Source of the DNA: Lingula anatina | Lineage: Eukaryota > Animalia > Brachiopoda | Direction of reading: 5' to 3' | DNA length: 64,000 bases | NCBI GenBank assembly: GCA_051362555.1 | Contig: CM120641.1 | Span: 39,562,401-39,626,400 of the forward strand | Shown: positions 50,401 to 63,186 of the stretch, piece after piece | Position numbering within the stretch: position 1 is the first letter of the stretch | How the letters are laid out: each line of letters begins with the position of its first letter | The notes under the pieces: generated by a model | What the model saw: the letters and a program-made list of their open reading frames with translations, nothing else | What the model was told of the DNA's origin: nothing | The model's database searches: none | Translations under genes and position numbers: made by a program

Positions 50401-53400
50401 TTTCTCTTCATAAAAAGATAATGCATGAATAAAATAGGAGAATTTTAAATGACCCTCTTATACTTTTTAAACTTAACAAAGTTATTGCATCATCATGATT
50501 AGTTTTTTGGGGGTAGTGGTAAACAGAGAAGGTGCATAGGTATACAGAAAATTTAAACATTTATATGGAACACAATTCTGTTTTAACCATACAAATTCAT
50601 TGAGAATGATTCTCTTTCGTGTTGATTAATCTCAGCTTATTTTTTCACAGCCTAGCTATGCACTACCTGCATGAAGTTCATGGTCTTGCCTATGATGTTC
50701 AGGACAATGAATTAAAATCTCCACTGCATATAGTGAGCTCCCACGCACATTTGGATGCAGTAAAGTACCTTTTGAAATCTAATGTAAATAAACTTGGCTT
50801 TTTCCATTAAATTGACAATTTATCAATATGCGTTATAAAATCATATCATTTCTTCTCTTTATGCTTCAACAGTCATTTCAACTTTTGTCTCCAGCTTTGA
50901 CAGATTTTTGATTTTTATTTCACATATGCCAAATTAAATACAAATTTGAGTTACGTATAATAATTTTTAACTGGTTTAAAGAGAGATTTGTTTTTGAAAT
51001 TATTTTCTCATTGTTCTTACTGTGCATAATTGCTCATATTTTCAGAGATGTAACCCCCATTTGACAGATGTGTATGGGAACAATTCTCTTCACTTTGCCT
51101 GCAAACATGGCCATGCCCAGATAGCATGGCAGTTACTGGTGGCAGGAGGCTGTAGGTTGCTGCATTCCAAAAATAAAGATGGGCATACTCCAATTGAAGT
51201 AGCAAGAGCTCAGAAAACATCCAAGTGAAGTATTACTTTATTTACAGATAGTATGAAATTATTATTATTTTTTTTTTTTTATTTCTATTATTATTATTTT
51301 TTTGAGGCATAAGCAGCATTCAACTTTTGGTCATTTTATTGAATGTAATATTATTGTTTGGTTATATTTTTATATTATTGTATCTCTGAAAAATAATTGC
51401 TGATTCATTTTATGTCAGTGAAGATACAATTCATGATTCATTTCAAATTAATCAATATAATGTATCTTTCTATATTATCAGGTCAACAGAGTGTTCTCGC
51501 CTGTTATCTTATTACATGTACATAAAGGATGAGGACTACAGACCAGCAGGACCCACTGTACCCTGGCTGTGGCACCTGACCATGCCAGCTGTGCTGTATA
51601 TTGTGGCCCTGGTGCTAGCTTATCTATTACAGGACCACACCGGAAGTCAAGGGCTGATAGTGTTTGGGGAATTGGCTTTATTTATTTTTCTGTCCACTAA
51701 ACATCAGCATAGAATGCTACATGTGTGTAGGTATGTGTATGATGCATTTCATATTTTGTATTTGGACAAAATGGCTTTGTGTTATAGTATGCTGTAGTAT
51801 TACCATGTAAGGTTAGGATACATCGACGCGTTGTCTTTTTTATATGGTGTGATAGGATTGAGTGTCAGAATTTAAGAACAGTTGGTATTTTGAGAACATA
51901 TTTGTACTGCATACTGTGTCTAAAAAGAGCACATTTTCTGTATGTATTTTTGTACTATACAAAATGATTACAAAAGATTTATTATCATGGTATGTAAGTA
52001 CTAGAAAAATAATTAGAAAAGAGTTATTATCACATTATTTTTCTTCATTTCAGATGGCCAAATCCTTTGTTTGCAGGCAGTTTTGCAGCTGGTTTATTCA
52101 TCACATTGGCTTGCTACTACCTCCAAATGTTTAGTTGTATCCTCTGTTATTGAAAAAGAAGAGCAGCCAACTCTTTGACATTTTTGTGATCACTTTCTAC
52201 AATAATTAATCGCTTAATTAAAGTTTCATTAATTATTTATAGTTTCTGATACAGTATTTTGTTATTTGTACTTATAAAAATGATTTTAGGTAAATGGTTA
52301 ATTTATTCTTGATTTTGCATTTGAATAATGAGTAAAAAGTACCATTTTGTCAGTAGTGTCTTGAAGTGTAAACACAATCTTCTTAACACTGCATAGATGT
52401 CTCTCATCATCATTACTTGAACCTTCTGTCAATATCTCTCACTGCTGTCATGCTGTATATGTACTGGAGACTTTGGACTCGTGATCCTGGTAAGTGATAT
52501 TTTTAAGCAGTAACATTGTTAGAATTTCCAGCAAATTACCTTGCATTGGTATAAAAAGACAGAAAAAGAATAAAAAATTGACCTACATAGATTCTTACAA
52601 CTTACAAATAGTCTATAATATTTTGTTTTGAAAGAGTAACATATTTGTTTAATCATCACAAAGTTAACAGTGACTGATGTATTTTTGTTAAAACTAAATT
52701 TTCAGTTGTAAATTTGAACTGTCATAAATTGGTTGCCTTGCAGGTGTTGTCCGCGTCTCTGCCTTGAAGCCCAATAATGGTGGATATTACAGTGTGAGAG
52801 ATGTAGCTACAGGACAGGTGTCCCCTGAAATGTTTTGTACAACATGTGAGGTAGGTTCACTCACAGGATAAAATGCCTCATTTAAGGCTGGCCTAGAGAA
52901 TTTTTGGATGAGAAAGAAAATTGTGCTCCTTGATTTTTTCCTTTTATGAAAATAAAAACCGATTTTTCCACAACTAATTTGTGATGACATTAAAAGGTAA
53001 GTGGTTTAAATTGCATGTGTAGGTAATTTTATAGAAAAAATAACAGATTTTATCAAATTTATTTAAGATATAATAAGTAATATATTTTAACAATACAATT
53101 TAAAAGGAAAAGTTGACATACTTTGCAACTGAATTTGTGACAGACAAGTATATGATGGCTATTTTCTATCAATACAATTCCAGATTGTTAGACCACTGAG
53201 GAGCAAGCATTGTAAGCTTTGTGAACAGTGTATCCAGGGCATGGATCACCACTGCCTGTTTTTGCTACGCTGTGTGGCCAAGCACACCCATAGACTCTTC
53301 ATTCTCTTCATCATTACTGTGCTGTGCAGTCAGGTGCTGTTCCTGGTCCAGGTCTATCTCTACTACCAAGCTGTGTTACCCAGTGTAACAAGCAATGACT

Positions 53401-53657
53401 GGTTCATATATGTTAAATCTGCCTTCAATCAACATGCGTGGGTGCTTAGCTTATCTGTCTTGAACTTGGGATCTATACTTTGGGGACTGAAATTGCTCAA
53501 ATTTCAACTTAGTTTAGTCTCCAAAGGATACACTACAGTTTTTCAGCCTCATTTTCAAAAAGAAAGTGGACTGTCAAAGTTAGAAATGGTATTGAATGTG
53601 ATATATTTCATAGCTGGAAAAGGTTTATATCTGAAAGATCCACTTTTTGATGTTTGA
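47473..53657 (+). CDS. Ankyrin-repeat DHHC palmitoyltransferase (ZDHHC13/17/Akr1-like), 9 exons
   Basis: Approximate exons 47473-47620, 50140-50386, 50651-50783, 51046-51224, 51482-51730, 52054-52136, 52397-52489, 52744-52850, 53184-53657. About six ankyrin repeats (TPLHKAC, TPLHYAC, AMHHAA, SPLHIVS, NSLHFAC), TM helices, 'RDPG', and 'FCTTCEIVRPLRSKHCKLCEQCIQGMDHHCLFLLRCVA'. Confidence 0.93.
47874..50076 (+). mobile_element. Helentron-associated non-autonomous element (HINE-type), ~2.2 kb, in intron 1 of the DHHC gene
   Basis: 5' ttatggtaccaccagc-gtaggc-gctggcggtacc hairpin, a (GGCTCCkGC)n microsatellite and an internal tandem array. The 3' end has the inverted subTIR gctggtggtacaata, a stem-loop gaggcg-gtat-cgcctc and terminal CTAGTTTT. 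Confidence 0.8.
48883..49875. repeat. Tandem array, 146-bp unit x ~7
   Basis: Unit start tatctc(c/t)aaa recurs at 48883, 49029, 49175, 49321, 49467, 49613 and 49758. Confidence 0.95.
52137..52396 (+). other. U12-type GT-AG intron in the ankyrin-DHHC gene
   Basis: Donor GTATCCTCT; branch TTCTTAAC lies 9 nt before the intron end. Splicing gives the open frame YLQMFS-Y-VSHHHYLNLL. Confidence 0.85.
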
Positions 53658-55372
53658 CTATATTTAATGAGAATTTGATCATTAGAGTTACATCTGTAAA
53701 GGTTAAAAGTTCTATTTTAAGTTACTTTTAGCGTACTGTTATGTACTTAGATAGGCTTGCATTCCAAGTTGGTGTCTTCCAAGATGAAAACTTATTTGAG
53801 GAAAGTATCAGTAATTGGTCGCCTTTTTGCTAAGCATTCAGTACAGATATGCCAACTTGAGAAAATTATTTGAACAATAGTACTTAAATGGTGCTTTTTT
53901 GTGTAATGTAAACAGATAATGGGCAACCACAGGAAAGTTTTGTGAAATGTTGCTTTGTATGTCATTCGAAAAGTGGTGTTTCGTTAGGAATTCAGTACCA
54001 ATACTGGAAAACTCCATGTCATTTGGTGCTGCTTCTATGATCCACAAATTTTTCCTGTAGGATATATATTATTACCTATGTGCTTGAAAAATGGTGCCCC
54101 CCCCCCCCCCCCTTTTTTTTTTTTTTTACAGTAACCATTTTCATATGGGAGACATATTGGTCAGTTTATATGTTGTTATTCAAATGTGGCTAAGTCACAT
54201 TTGGTGTTCCATTTATCAGATACAACCAATGATACCGTATAAAATTTTTATTTTATAATATTTATATTTGTTTTGATTAATTTTTGTTAAATGTGGTTTT
54301 AATATTGTCATTTAGTTCTGTGTTTATACATAAAGATTCTAACAATTACAGTATTACACCTACCTTTTACTACTTTAGTGCAGGTGTGTTCAAACAAGAC
54401 AGTTATTGGTTCTATGGCTGTTGATTTGCATGAACCTTTCTGCGGACTTGATGGCAACAAAATAATATGTATTCTTGTTACGCAATGCTCTCTATAACAT
54501 AGAAATATGGAATAAAACACTTATATTTTTATGGATTAAACGTTTTATTGCTTGCTAAATTATACAGGAAAGTATAGCAATATAACGGACTTAAAGAATG
54601 TGATTTTTATAGTTTAATGACCAGCAACATAACATCTAGCCAAAGAAGTTGAAAAACCAAAAATAACGACACGAAATAATTTGTTTCAAATAAGATGTGC
54701 GACACTAAGTCCTTTCAAATAGTTTGCATTTTCGTCAAAAGGTCTCACTATCATGCATTTCTACTCAAGATAGGCCAAATTTCTACTTTTATTTGATGTG
54801 TTAATTCAAAATGTTCTGTAAATACCCTGCTTCGTGTTATAATTGAACCGAATCATACCTAATAACATTAACTTCAAACGATGCTGAAGTTGATGTTCCA
54901 CTAAAATTTCAGACACTGGCGCGTCTTGGGGAGATATTCCTTGGGAATCCCGCGAGTTGACTGCAGTGCAAGTTGTACTGAGACTGTGAGAGTGTCTCGT
55001 CCGGACTTGAGCAGGATTTGCGGAAAGAAGGAAAGGTAAGAGAATATGGTGTTTGTTGTTAATATGAGATACTGCTAATAGCTTTCTGAAAAAAATCGCA
55101 CTTGGTTTAAGGTAATTCAGGCAATAGAGTGTATCAGATTCCGATGTACTGATGTGAAACTGGCCTTGAGGCACCAACTCGACTGTACCTGAGCACAGAC
55201 GCTGAAACCGAGCAATTTTTGTTTCATGTATTTTGATATATGTAAAATAACTAGTAATGATAGTTCTTTAATTAGATCTTAGGTAACTGCATTCCTAATT
55301 TAATATTAAGAGTGTTGTAAGAGATGAGGCCGAATGCATAGAGTTTACAGCCCGTTGAGTTTTTTTATTATT

Positions 55373-55536
55373 CAGGGGCGGATAGAGGCCGTCTTCTGGG
55401 TCTTCTGGAAGACGGTCAGATTTTTTAGTTAACATTGATGGGTATCTAATTTTTTCTGTCGGAAGACGGTCAAAAATGGAGGATGGATCAACAAAGATAA
55501 TTTGGAAGTCTGTCAGGAAATATCTCTGGATCTCTG
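55373..55536. mobile_element. Dispersed short DNA-transposon-like repeat (same family as 13511-13669)
   Basis: Begins caggggcggat; roughly 120 bp of visible similarity to the copy at ~13535-13660. Confidence 0.65.
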
Positions 55537-55607
55537 ATCATATGGTGCTTTTATTACTGGTCATATACATAAAGGCACAGGGGGAATTTATGTATTATTT
55601 CTATTAA

Positions 55608-55678
55608 TTATATTATATTATATTATATTATATTATATTATATTATATTATATTATATTATTTATATTATATTATTTA
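55608..55678. repeat. (TTATA)n microsatellite
   Basis: About 11 or more pentamer units; an (ATTT)n run also lies at ~57143-57206. Confidence 0.9.
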
Positions 55679-56819
55679 TATTTGTGTCAAAATAAAGCTG
55701 TTTTTTTTATAAGCGTGACTATAAAGATGCCATCACGTTTAACTTATTTCTATGAAATACGTGCAGGGCTCTGTAACTTGAAAGCGTTGCGAATTGCGAC
55801 CGAGCGCAAGCATGGAGATTTGCCTCTATTCCATAACTTGGGATTTTATCACCCGATATAATAGCCTCGAAATGAAAGGTGATATCGCAATTTGCGATGC
55901 TTTCGAGTTATGAAGCCCAGAACACTGAACAGTAAATGTTTTTGGACATCTGTTGAAAAGTGTCAATTTTACAGAAATGATCTGGAAACTGCATGTTTTT
56001 GAATACAGTGCCTTGAATGAATGAATAAATGAATGAATGAATAATGTGGAATTGATATTGTGCATTTACAGAGTGGTATTACATATATAACTGTGTTATA
56101 ATTGGATAACATGTCATTTCAAATACTGTATAGCTGTTGTGTAAAAGCTTCCCACATACTATATAATATTGCATTAAATTTGTAATTGAATTTTATTGTT
56201 TTTTTTTCTGCACTTATCACTACTCATAAACTCTTTACCACTCATTTTCCTGTAACGTTCAGTTACTAGTTTGACAATTATTACCAAATTGCAATCATTC
56301 CAAATTGGAAGTTCTCTTATAATAAAATTTAATAATTTGCTTGTAGAAAATTCTGGCAGGAGTTTCAGGGCGTTGCTGAAAGAAGACAACTCAGACAAGT
56401 AGCTGGTCCTATTATAAACAACTTGTTCTTTTATTAATGCAGGAAATATCTGCCAAGAATGTGAGGATTCTGGCCGTACAACCCCAATCTTGTGCAAGAT
56501 CCATCATAGCGAGATAGTCTGTCAGTTAAGAGCATGTTGATGAATATGGGCCAGCCATAGTCTGTACACTGAGGCAGGCTTCATTACCATTGACTGCAGC
56601 CAACTTCCAACAGGACAGCACAGCGCAGGAGGACACACACATGGATTTACTTGACTAGCCTTTGAACCAACCATATCAGATGAGTGGTACAACTGCTTTG
56701 TACAAGGGAATCAGTCATTTTGAAGGGTGTCCCTGAAAAGTTGGTTATTACAGAGTTCAAAAGACCTGGTTAATTCATGTTGATTTGAAGCAATCTTCTA
56801 ACTGGATTATAGCATTGCA

Positions 56820-57143
56820 ATGCACTGGCTAAATTGGATAATTGGATATGTGATCTTTGTGATAGGTCTTCCCCATGGACAAGGTGAGTGCACATGAATT
56901 CCCATTATGTTGTTATTGGAGTTTTAGAGATCAGAGTTATAACACTAAAAGAGTAATCAACCCTTTTTTTGCAGAACACTTATTTGCAATGTAAAAAGAT
57001 GTGGTACTACTTTTCTTGGAAAGCACGAATCTCCTGTCTGTTGATTCTTTTGAGAATATATTAAGTGAGGGATATACATGTAATAGGCTTGAATATAAAG
57101 CAACACTAATTTCCCAATAAGTACTAAATGTAGATTTTACATT

Positions 57144-57207
<64 letters not shown>

Positions 57208-60200
57208 AGCTTGCTAACCATTTCCCTGGAAAAAGTGTTTGTTTACATAGTATACAGGACATGACAGATGTATATGGTAAAATACAGCACTAGAGAGGCA
57301 GTGTCCTGCAGTTGCCAGTTATATGCAACTAGGGCCCTGATGATCTGAACAAATTATTGTATTAAAATAGATTGTGAACCCAACACTATGGCATGCTGTT
57401 TGAGGCTATTGTACATGGCAGCTTTGTATTCTGTGTTGAGTAAGATAAAACTAGATGCCCCACAGTGAGCAGGTATGCTGTTTACATGTCTCTGTGTTAC
57501 TGTCAGGTCAGCGGATTTAAGATTAATTTTCAGTGTAGCTTGAATTTGTCTTATTAATTCAATTTTTCATCAAAAAGATGTTTCCTTTTTCGCCTTTATT
57601 ACCAGCCGCCAGTTTTTATTATAGTAATTTAAAATAATCCAACTGATATGTGTGATTATTGCAAAATTATACAGTCATTTTTTTGTGAGGAATTATTTTA
57701 CATAATGATCTTAAAAGGGATACACATGAGTGAATCCATATTATAACTGGGGCTAAACTGCAGTTAGATTTCTCCTAAGTGCACTGATACGTGTATGTAT
57801 ATTGGAAACCAGCCAGTACATGTATAAGAAGGAAGTGGACAAAAGGATGAATGGTACTTGGCAGTTTGGGACTACAATTACAATTTATAGTTTGGTCCAC
57901 TGGATTGTAAACAAAGCATGTCTCTATCAATGTCCAGTTTTTAACAGAGGGGATGGTTACACCTCTTTACTGGACAATGGAGCTGGTTAAATGGTCAGTT
58001 TTGTTAGGTTCCAATTATATCATTGACCCTTGAAAGTCTCTAGACAGAGATAAAAGTTTTGGTCTGAAAATTTGAATCTACTATCTTATATCCCTAGTAG
58101 ATGGAGTGCTCGTGCATGCATCATATCTTTTGGTGTTTCAAATTGTTTTAGGAGATTGAAAAAATATTGAGGACACTTACTGCAGTTATTAAGTCTGTTA
58201 TTTGAGGAGAATTAAAAAAGGTTTTTCGGTAAATTTTCTCGTCAACCTTTTTGTGTTTATTTTCATGTTCATTTTGGGCAAATAAAAACTTGATTGAATT
58301 TACTTCTACCAGGATATTCCTGTAGTTGTTTTAGTCTTGTTTTCAGGTTGTGCAAGTACAGTTAACTTTTTAAAGCATAGTATGTTTTTGAAGCAACTCT
58401 GCTGTGTTCCATTAAAGACCATTTTAAAGTTAAAAAAAATTCAAAGTGCATTGAGTTTTTTATTTCAACAAATTGAAGATCTATTTCCATTAGAAATGGG
58501 CTGATCCAGCTTAGTTCTGTATGTAGTATCTTTAAGGACTGAATTTTAACTACTAGTAACCATAGGAAGCCAGTGAGTCTAGTAAAATATCAGTAACCTT
58601 GAACAATCCCAGTGATGATAGGATTATATAAGGATTAGATTGGCTTCTTATGATAAAAAAAAAATCATTGTTAGTGTTAAGATAGTACATTTAATTTAGG
58701 CCAGTCCATTTCCACTGATAAAAACACCTTAAGTGTATAGACTATCATGATCCATATGACATTGCTTTAATGTCAAAATAATATTCTTGCAGACTAAACT
58801 TAATGTCTGAATACACCAAGCACTAAAGAAAGATATTGTCTGAAACATGATTAGCCCACTAAATAGCTGATCTGTGCTATTTGCACTCTATTCACGAGTG
58901 GAATTCTCAAACAGTCCAACCCCCACCAACCCCGCCTTAGTCCACTGTTGGAAATAAATAGTTGGATTGTTAGCTTTGTGCCTATCCATGGGGACATTGT
59001 AGTAGAAGTCAATAATGTCTCGGCTTAACCACTTATGTTTCCTTACTTTTTCAGGGTCCTGTGTGTTTGAGGGTATACAAATTGAGGTAAGTGTACACCT
59101 GTTTTCGTTCAGTTCAAGTGCTGTATAACTTGTCCCCCCTCTGAGCCATGAAGGAGGGGTCTGGATGTTGTGTTTGTACTGTAGCTTTAATACACCCCAA
59201 ACTGAATGCTTGACATGCTTGTTGGCATTAAGGTTTTGCTTGTGAAAAACTATATTAATGTTAAATGTAACATGCTATTTAATGTACTGAAATAAAAATT
59301 TAGCTAATTATATCTAGCTAACTTAATTTTTCTTGATTTCCCATGAGAAAAAATGTTTTATTTAAAAAACATATATTGCTTTATCTATATAATTATATGT
59401 ATGTAAAATTGCATTCTTGAGTCAGAACCATGTGCATATTATTTAGTACAGTACAACTATGCAGCTCAATCATGCATGTTCAACTATGGCAATTAACATT
59501 CAAACATGGTTCCTGAACATCATTAATTAACCCCAATTTACTGGGTAATTGATCAGGTACCCTTGGGCTTATAAGTGGTTCTCCCATTAGACTGTACATG
59601 AAAGAGTTGGTAACACTTGCACAAGTATAGATCATGATAATGTGCTCGTTGGATCAAGAAGGTGTGAATGAATAGTTTACACACTCCACTGTGGTGGCAT
59701 GTTGTTTCTGCCATTATACCTCAGAGGGGTTTACATCAGCAAGTAAATTGGTTACCTTCATATTACATAGCACATTGTGGTTGTAACACCTTTTCTAGAC
59801 GGTATTTGTGGATAACCATACTTAATGTCTTTTATCTTCTACAAGACGGAGGTTCTTTCAGCCTGGATAGTTTTATATGATCAACCTAGAAGGGACCCAG
59901 AATCTTTTTCTATTACAGGTACTGATTCAATGTGCATTAGGAAATGTGAGCATCCAAAATCTGTGATTTAAATGCTTGGCATTTAGACAGATCAGCCTTT
60001 TCCCAGCATTTGAACTTTTTCTTCCTGTCCATCAAACTTTACACTGTGCTAAAAAAAGAATCAGTAATAGCCAACTTCTTAAGGTGATGCTCAAGTCCCA
60101 CAAGTTTATGGAACTCTTAATAAGATTAAGTGAAATGGTGATTTTCTTTCTTTTTTATTTATTTATTTATTTATTTTATAAATTAATATTTTGTTTTGTA

Positions 60201-63186
60201 TTCTTTTCGAATTTTTAATCCATTTCATTAAGTTGTTTTGTTTATATTTATTTTTTGTTATTTTCAATTAGTTTGTTTTAAAAATATGTTCTTTATCTTC
60301 TGTGACATATATATATCAGGTGCCATAAAAACACTAATTTCAGATTTCAATAACTTCAACATATGTCTTTTAACATTCTTTTTTATATATTAGTACATTT
60401 ATTCAACTATGATGCAAAGAGTGTATTTACGTATCCGACCATCGGGTTGCAAATTTGATAATAATAACAGTTATAAAGATATTGCAATGAAATTTGAGAT
60501 ATTTTTGTAGAGTCAAAACTTTAAGCATTTATCAAAAACATTTTCCTAAAAAACCCAAAGTGCATTGGAATATTTTCAAAACTGTTGAAGTTAGTGAACT
60601 TTTAAATTAGGAACTTTCTTTAGCCACCTGATAAATATATCAGATAGACTAAAGATGAGTAATTGAAGTTGTAGAGTACAAAATGATTTTACTGTTAAAA
60701 GCTGACAAAAGATCCAAGGATTATTCAGACATTTTAAAGTTCAGTACTTCAGCTCTACCCTAGATAAGTTGCTGATTCCATGTACAGTAGTTATGCATAT
60801 TCTACATATTATTAGTATCTATTCCCATTGTTTGTTGCTAATAACAAGTTAAAACACATTTCGAGTTTTGAAAAAATGGTTGACTTGCATAAGAAGAAAT
60901 TGTTACTAGGTACTGTTTTTGTGGCTAAAAACTCTTCTTGTGGTGTTTAGAGTTGATAGGTTTTATAACCAGACTGCAGATGTTAGTTTGGCCAGCGCAA
61001 CTCTTTTGGTATTTTGTTAGGACCCTCAAAATCCCTTAACCATATCATATTCTTTGCTCTGTACAGGAGATTAGCCAGCCTGAAAGATTTAGCATTAAGG
61101 CTTCGTTCACATGCAATGTCTATTTTCTATTTTCTATTTTCTATTTTCGGTATGTCTTATGATCACGGTCTGTGCACTGAATATCCCGCGGCGTAATTAC
61201 TGGCAGCGCGAGCCAGTTACTATAAGTTACTATAAGTAACTCGCTCGCGCTGCCAGTAATTACGCGGCGGGATATTCAGTGCACAGACCGTGATCATAAG
61301 ACATACCGAAAATAGAAAATAGAAAATAGAAAATAGACATTGCATGTGAACGAAGCCTAAGACCTGTTTTGATTTGCCACCTCAATTTCTGATATAAGTT
61401 TCTGTGAAAGAGTGTGTAGTTTGTTCTTGTGTGTTTTTGGAAGGCAGTGATACATTGGCCAGATAAAACCAATCATTTGGAAGGTTGAACACTTGAAGTG
61501 CTGCAGGGGATATGCAGGGATGTCTTTTCATCATATCAAGATTGCTACATTGTATTTTAACTCCAAGTTTATATGGTTTATATGCAGGAGAAATGCATAT
61601 ATTATCTTTTTTTTTTCTTTTAAAAGAAAAGGAAAAAAATTATAAGTGAGAAATACAAGTGAAATTTTATGTTGTTTTCCTGGATTATTATGTGTGGTTT
61701 TGGTTTTGAAACAATAAATTACAATTTTTAAAAGCTTTGTTTAATATAACACATTTTAGATTTTATGCTATTAGTAATGGTAATAATGGTTGAATGGTTT
61801 GTTTAGATTTCAACTTTTTTCAAATTTTTGAGATGAGTAATGTCTCTTTTATGTAATATGTGATGTGCGTATTCATTTGCATCTTCGGTAACACCAAGAA
61901 CTTGTGTGCATATTACACATATATACAAATATCCTTGGTTTTATACACACATCCCCTGTGCAAACTATATCGCTATATATATATTTAGCTATTTGTGATA
62001 AATATTGAAAGACAGCTCTAAGATGTCTGAGGTGTAGAGGGAATTTGGTATTTTGGTATGAAGGTTTTTTCCCATAACCTTTAAATGGCCAACCTGTGAA
62101 AGTACAGGGTTTGGTTTGAAAATTGAGACTCTCTACTGTATACATCTTGCAGTCTATTTTTCTTCAATCCTTTCTTGTCTTGATAATGAGCAGGCTTTTA
62201 GAAATGAGATCCAAGTAAGTGACATAAACAATGGATTTATTTATACATTGCTGATGCTGGGTTCTTTTAAGTTGAGTAATGTAAGCCAACTTTCTCAAAA
62301 GATTTAACTGGAAAGAGGAAAAAAAAGAAAACCTTTTTGTTCTGTCTTCTGAGTTGAAATGCAATCTTTGAGGTCACAGAGAGTCCCGTCTTGATGAGTA
62401 TGCTTGTAATGGACGGAAACCAAACTATATGGTTGAAGTGCGCAGTTAACACAATTTCTTCTGTTCTATTTTTTTTGTGTGTGAATTTTGAAATGGAGAA
62501 AGGGGAAGACGTAGGGAAGCAAAAGTGGGTCTATTGTATGACATGTCCTTTAATTATTTGTTAAGACAAGAAAGGCGTCTTGTTTTGTATCCGCACCCTA
62601 AAACACACTTTCCATACATGTCTACTCATTGCAGTTTCTTCAGTAATACACAAAATCTCACCATTAAAATAGTTCTTACATGTATATTAATTAAATTAAT
62701 GAACAAGTAAATAGTCACATTTAGATTTAGCCTTTAGAGCTCATTCCCATTGAAACCATTGTTCTGTGTAGATTGCTCCAACCCTGCTGGAACTCTTGCT
62801 GAATGCAATCAGGTTAACAGATTAAGTTGCCTCTTCTTGGCGTTGAATAGAATACAGAAAAACTGCTGATTATAAGACTACAATGGAAACAAGAGGAGGC
62901 ATGTTAATCTGATTGCGTTCAGGAAGAGTCCGCAAGGAGTGGAATCGATCAGTAGTTTATACAGAATGAATCCTAATGTTGCTCTCATGTTTTATTGTAT
63001 ACTACTGTACATGTATTTTCATCTTTGCATTCATATAAATGAGAAACAGAATTACATCTGGAATTCTATTATTTACAGAATGGTACTGTCTGGAAGTCAG
63101 ATAGCTGTCACATCTGCACATGCCTCAGCCCTGTCACAGTGTGCGAACAAGTGACATGTCAGGACCCTAGATGTAACATACAGCAG
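56820..63186 (+). CDS. FRAS1: FRAS1 extracellular matrix protein, first three coding exons; continues off the right edge
   Basis: Exons 56820-56883 (signal peptide MHWLNWIIGYVIFVIGLPHGQG), 59055-59086 (32 nt, SCVFEGIQIE) and 63079-63186 (108 nt, NGTVWKSDSCHICTCLSPVTVCEQVTCQDPRCNIQQ) have canonical splice sites and compatible phases. The VWC domain resembles the FRAS1 N-terminus as I recall it (LPH..EG-ACV...TIWKPDSCQSCRC...C.NPQC). A probable non-coding first exon ends at ~55035 (aag|gtaaga). Confidence 0.8.
61099..61357. mobile_element. Young PIF/Harbinger-type MITE, near-perfect 259-bp palindrome
   Basis: ggcttcgttcacatgcaatgtc ... gacattgcatgtgaacgaagcc with TAA direct repeats at 61096-61098 and 61358-61360. 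The ~120-bp arms differ at only two positions that I could find. Confidence 0.92.
62737..62975. mobile_element. MITE related to 27675-27902
   Basis: Shares gctcattccca.tgaaac, actcttgctgaatgcaatcag.ttaacagatt and tgttaatctgattgc.ttcag; the internal segment is in the opposite orientation. Confidence 0.72.

Noticed and set aside
57388-57439. Alternative signal-peptide-like exon for FRAS1 (MACCLRLLYMAALYSVL)
   Set aside because: Phase-compatible, but it lacks a good cleavage site. The 56820-56883 exon has a stronger donor and matches the FRAS1 LPH..G pattern.
61014-61472. Two ORFs on opposite strands sharing an identical C-terminal peptide
   Set aside because: An artefact of the palindromic MITE.
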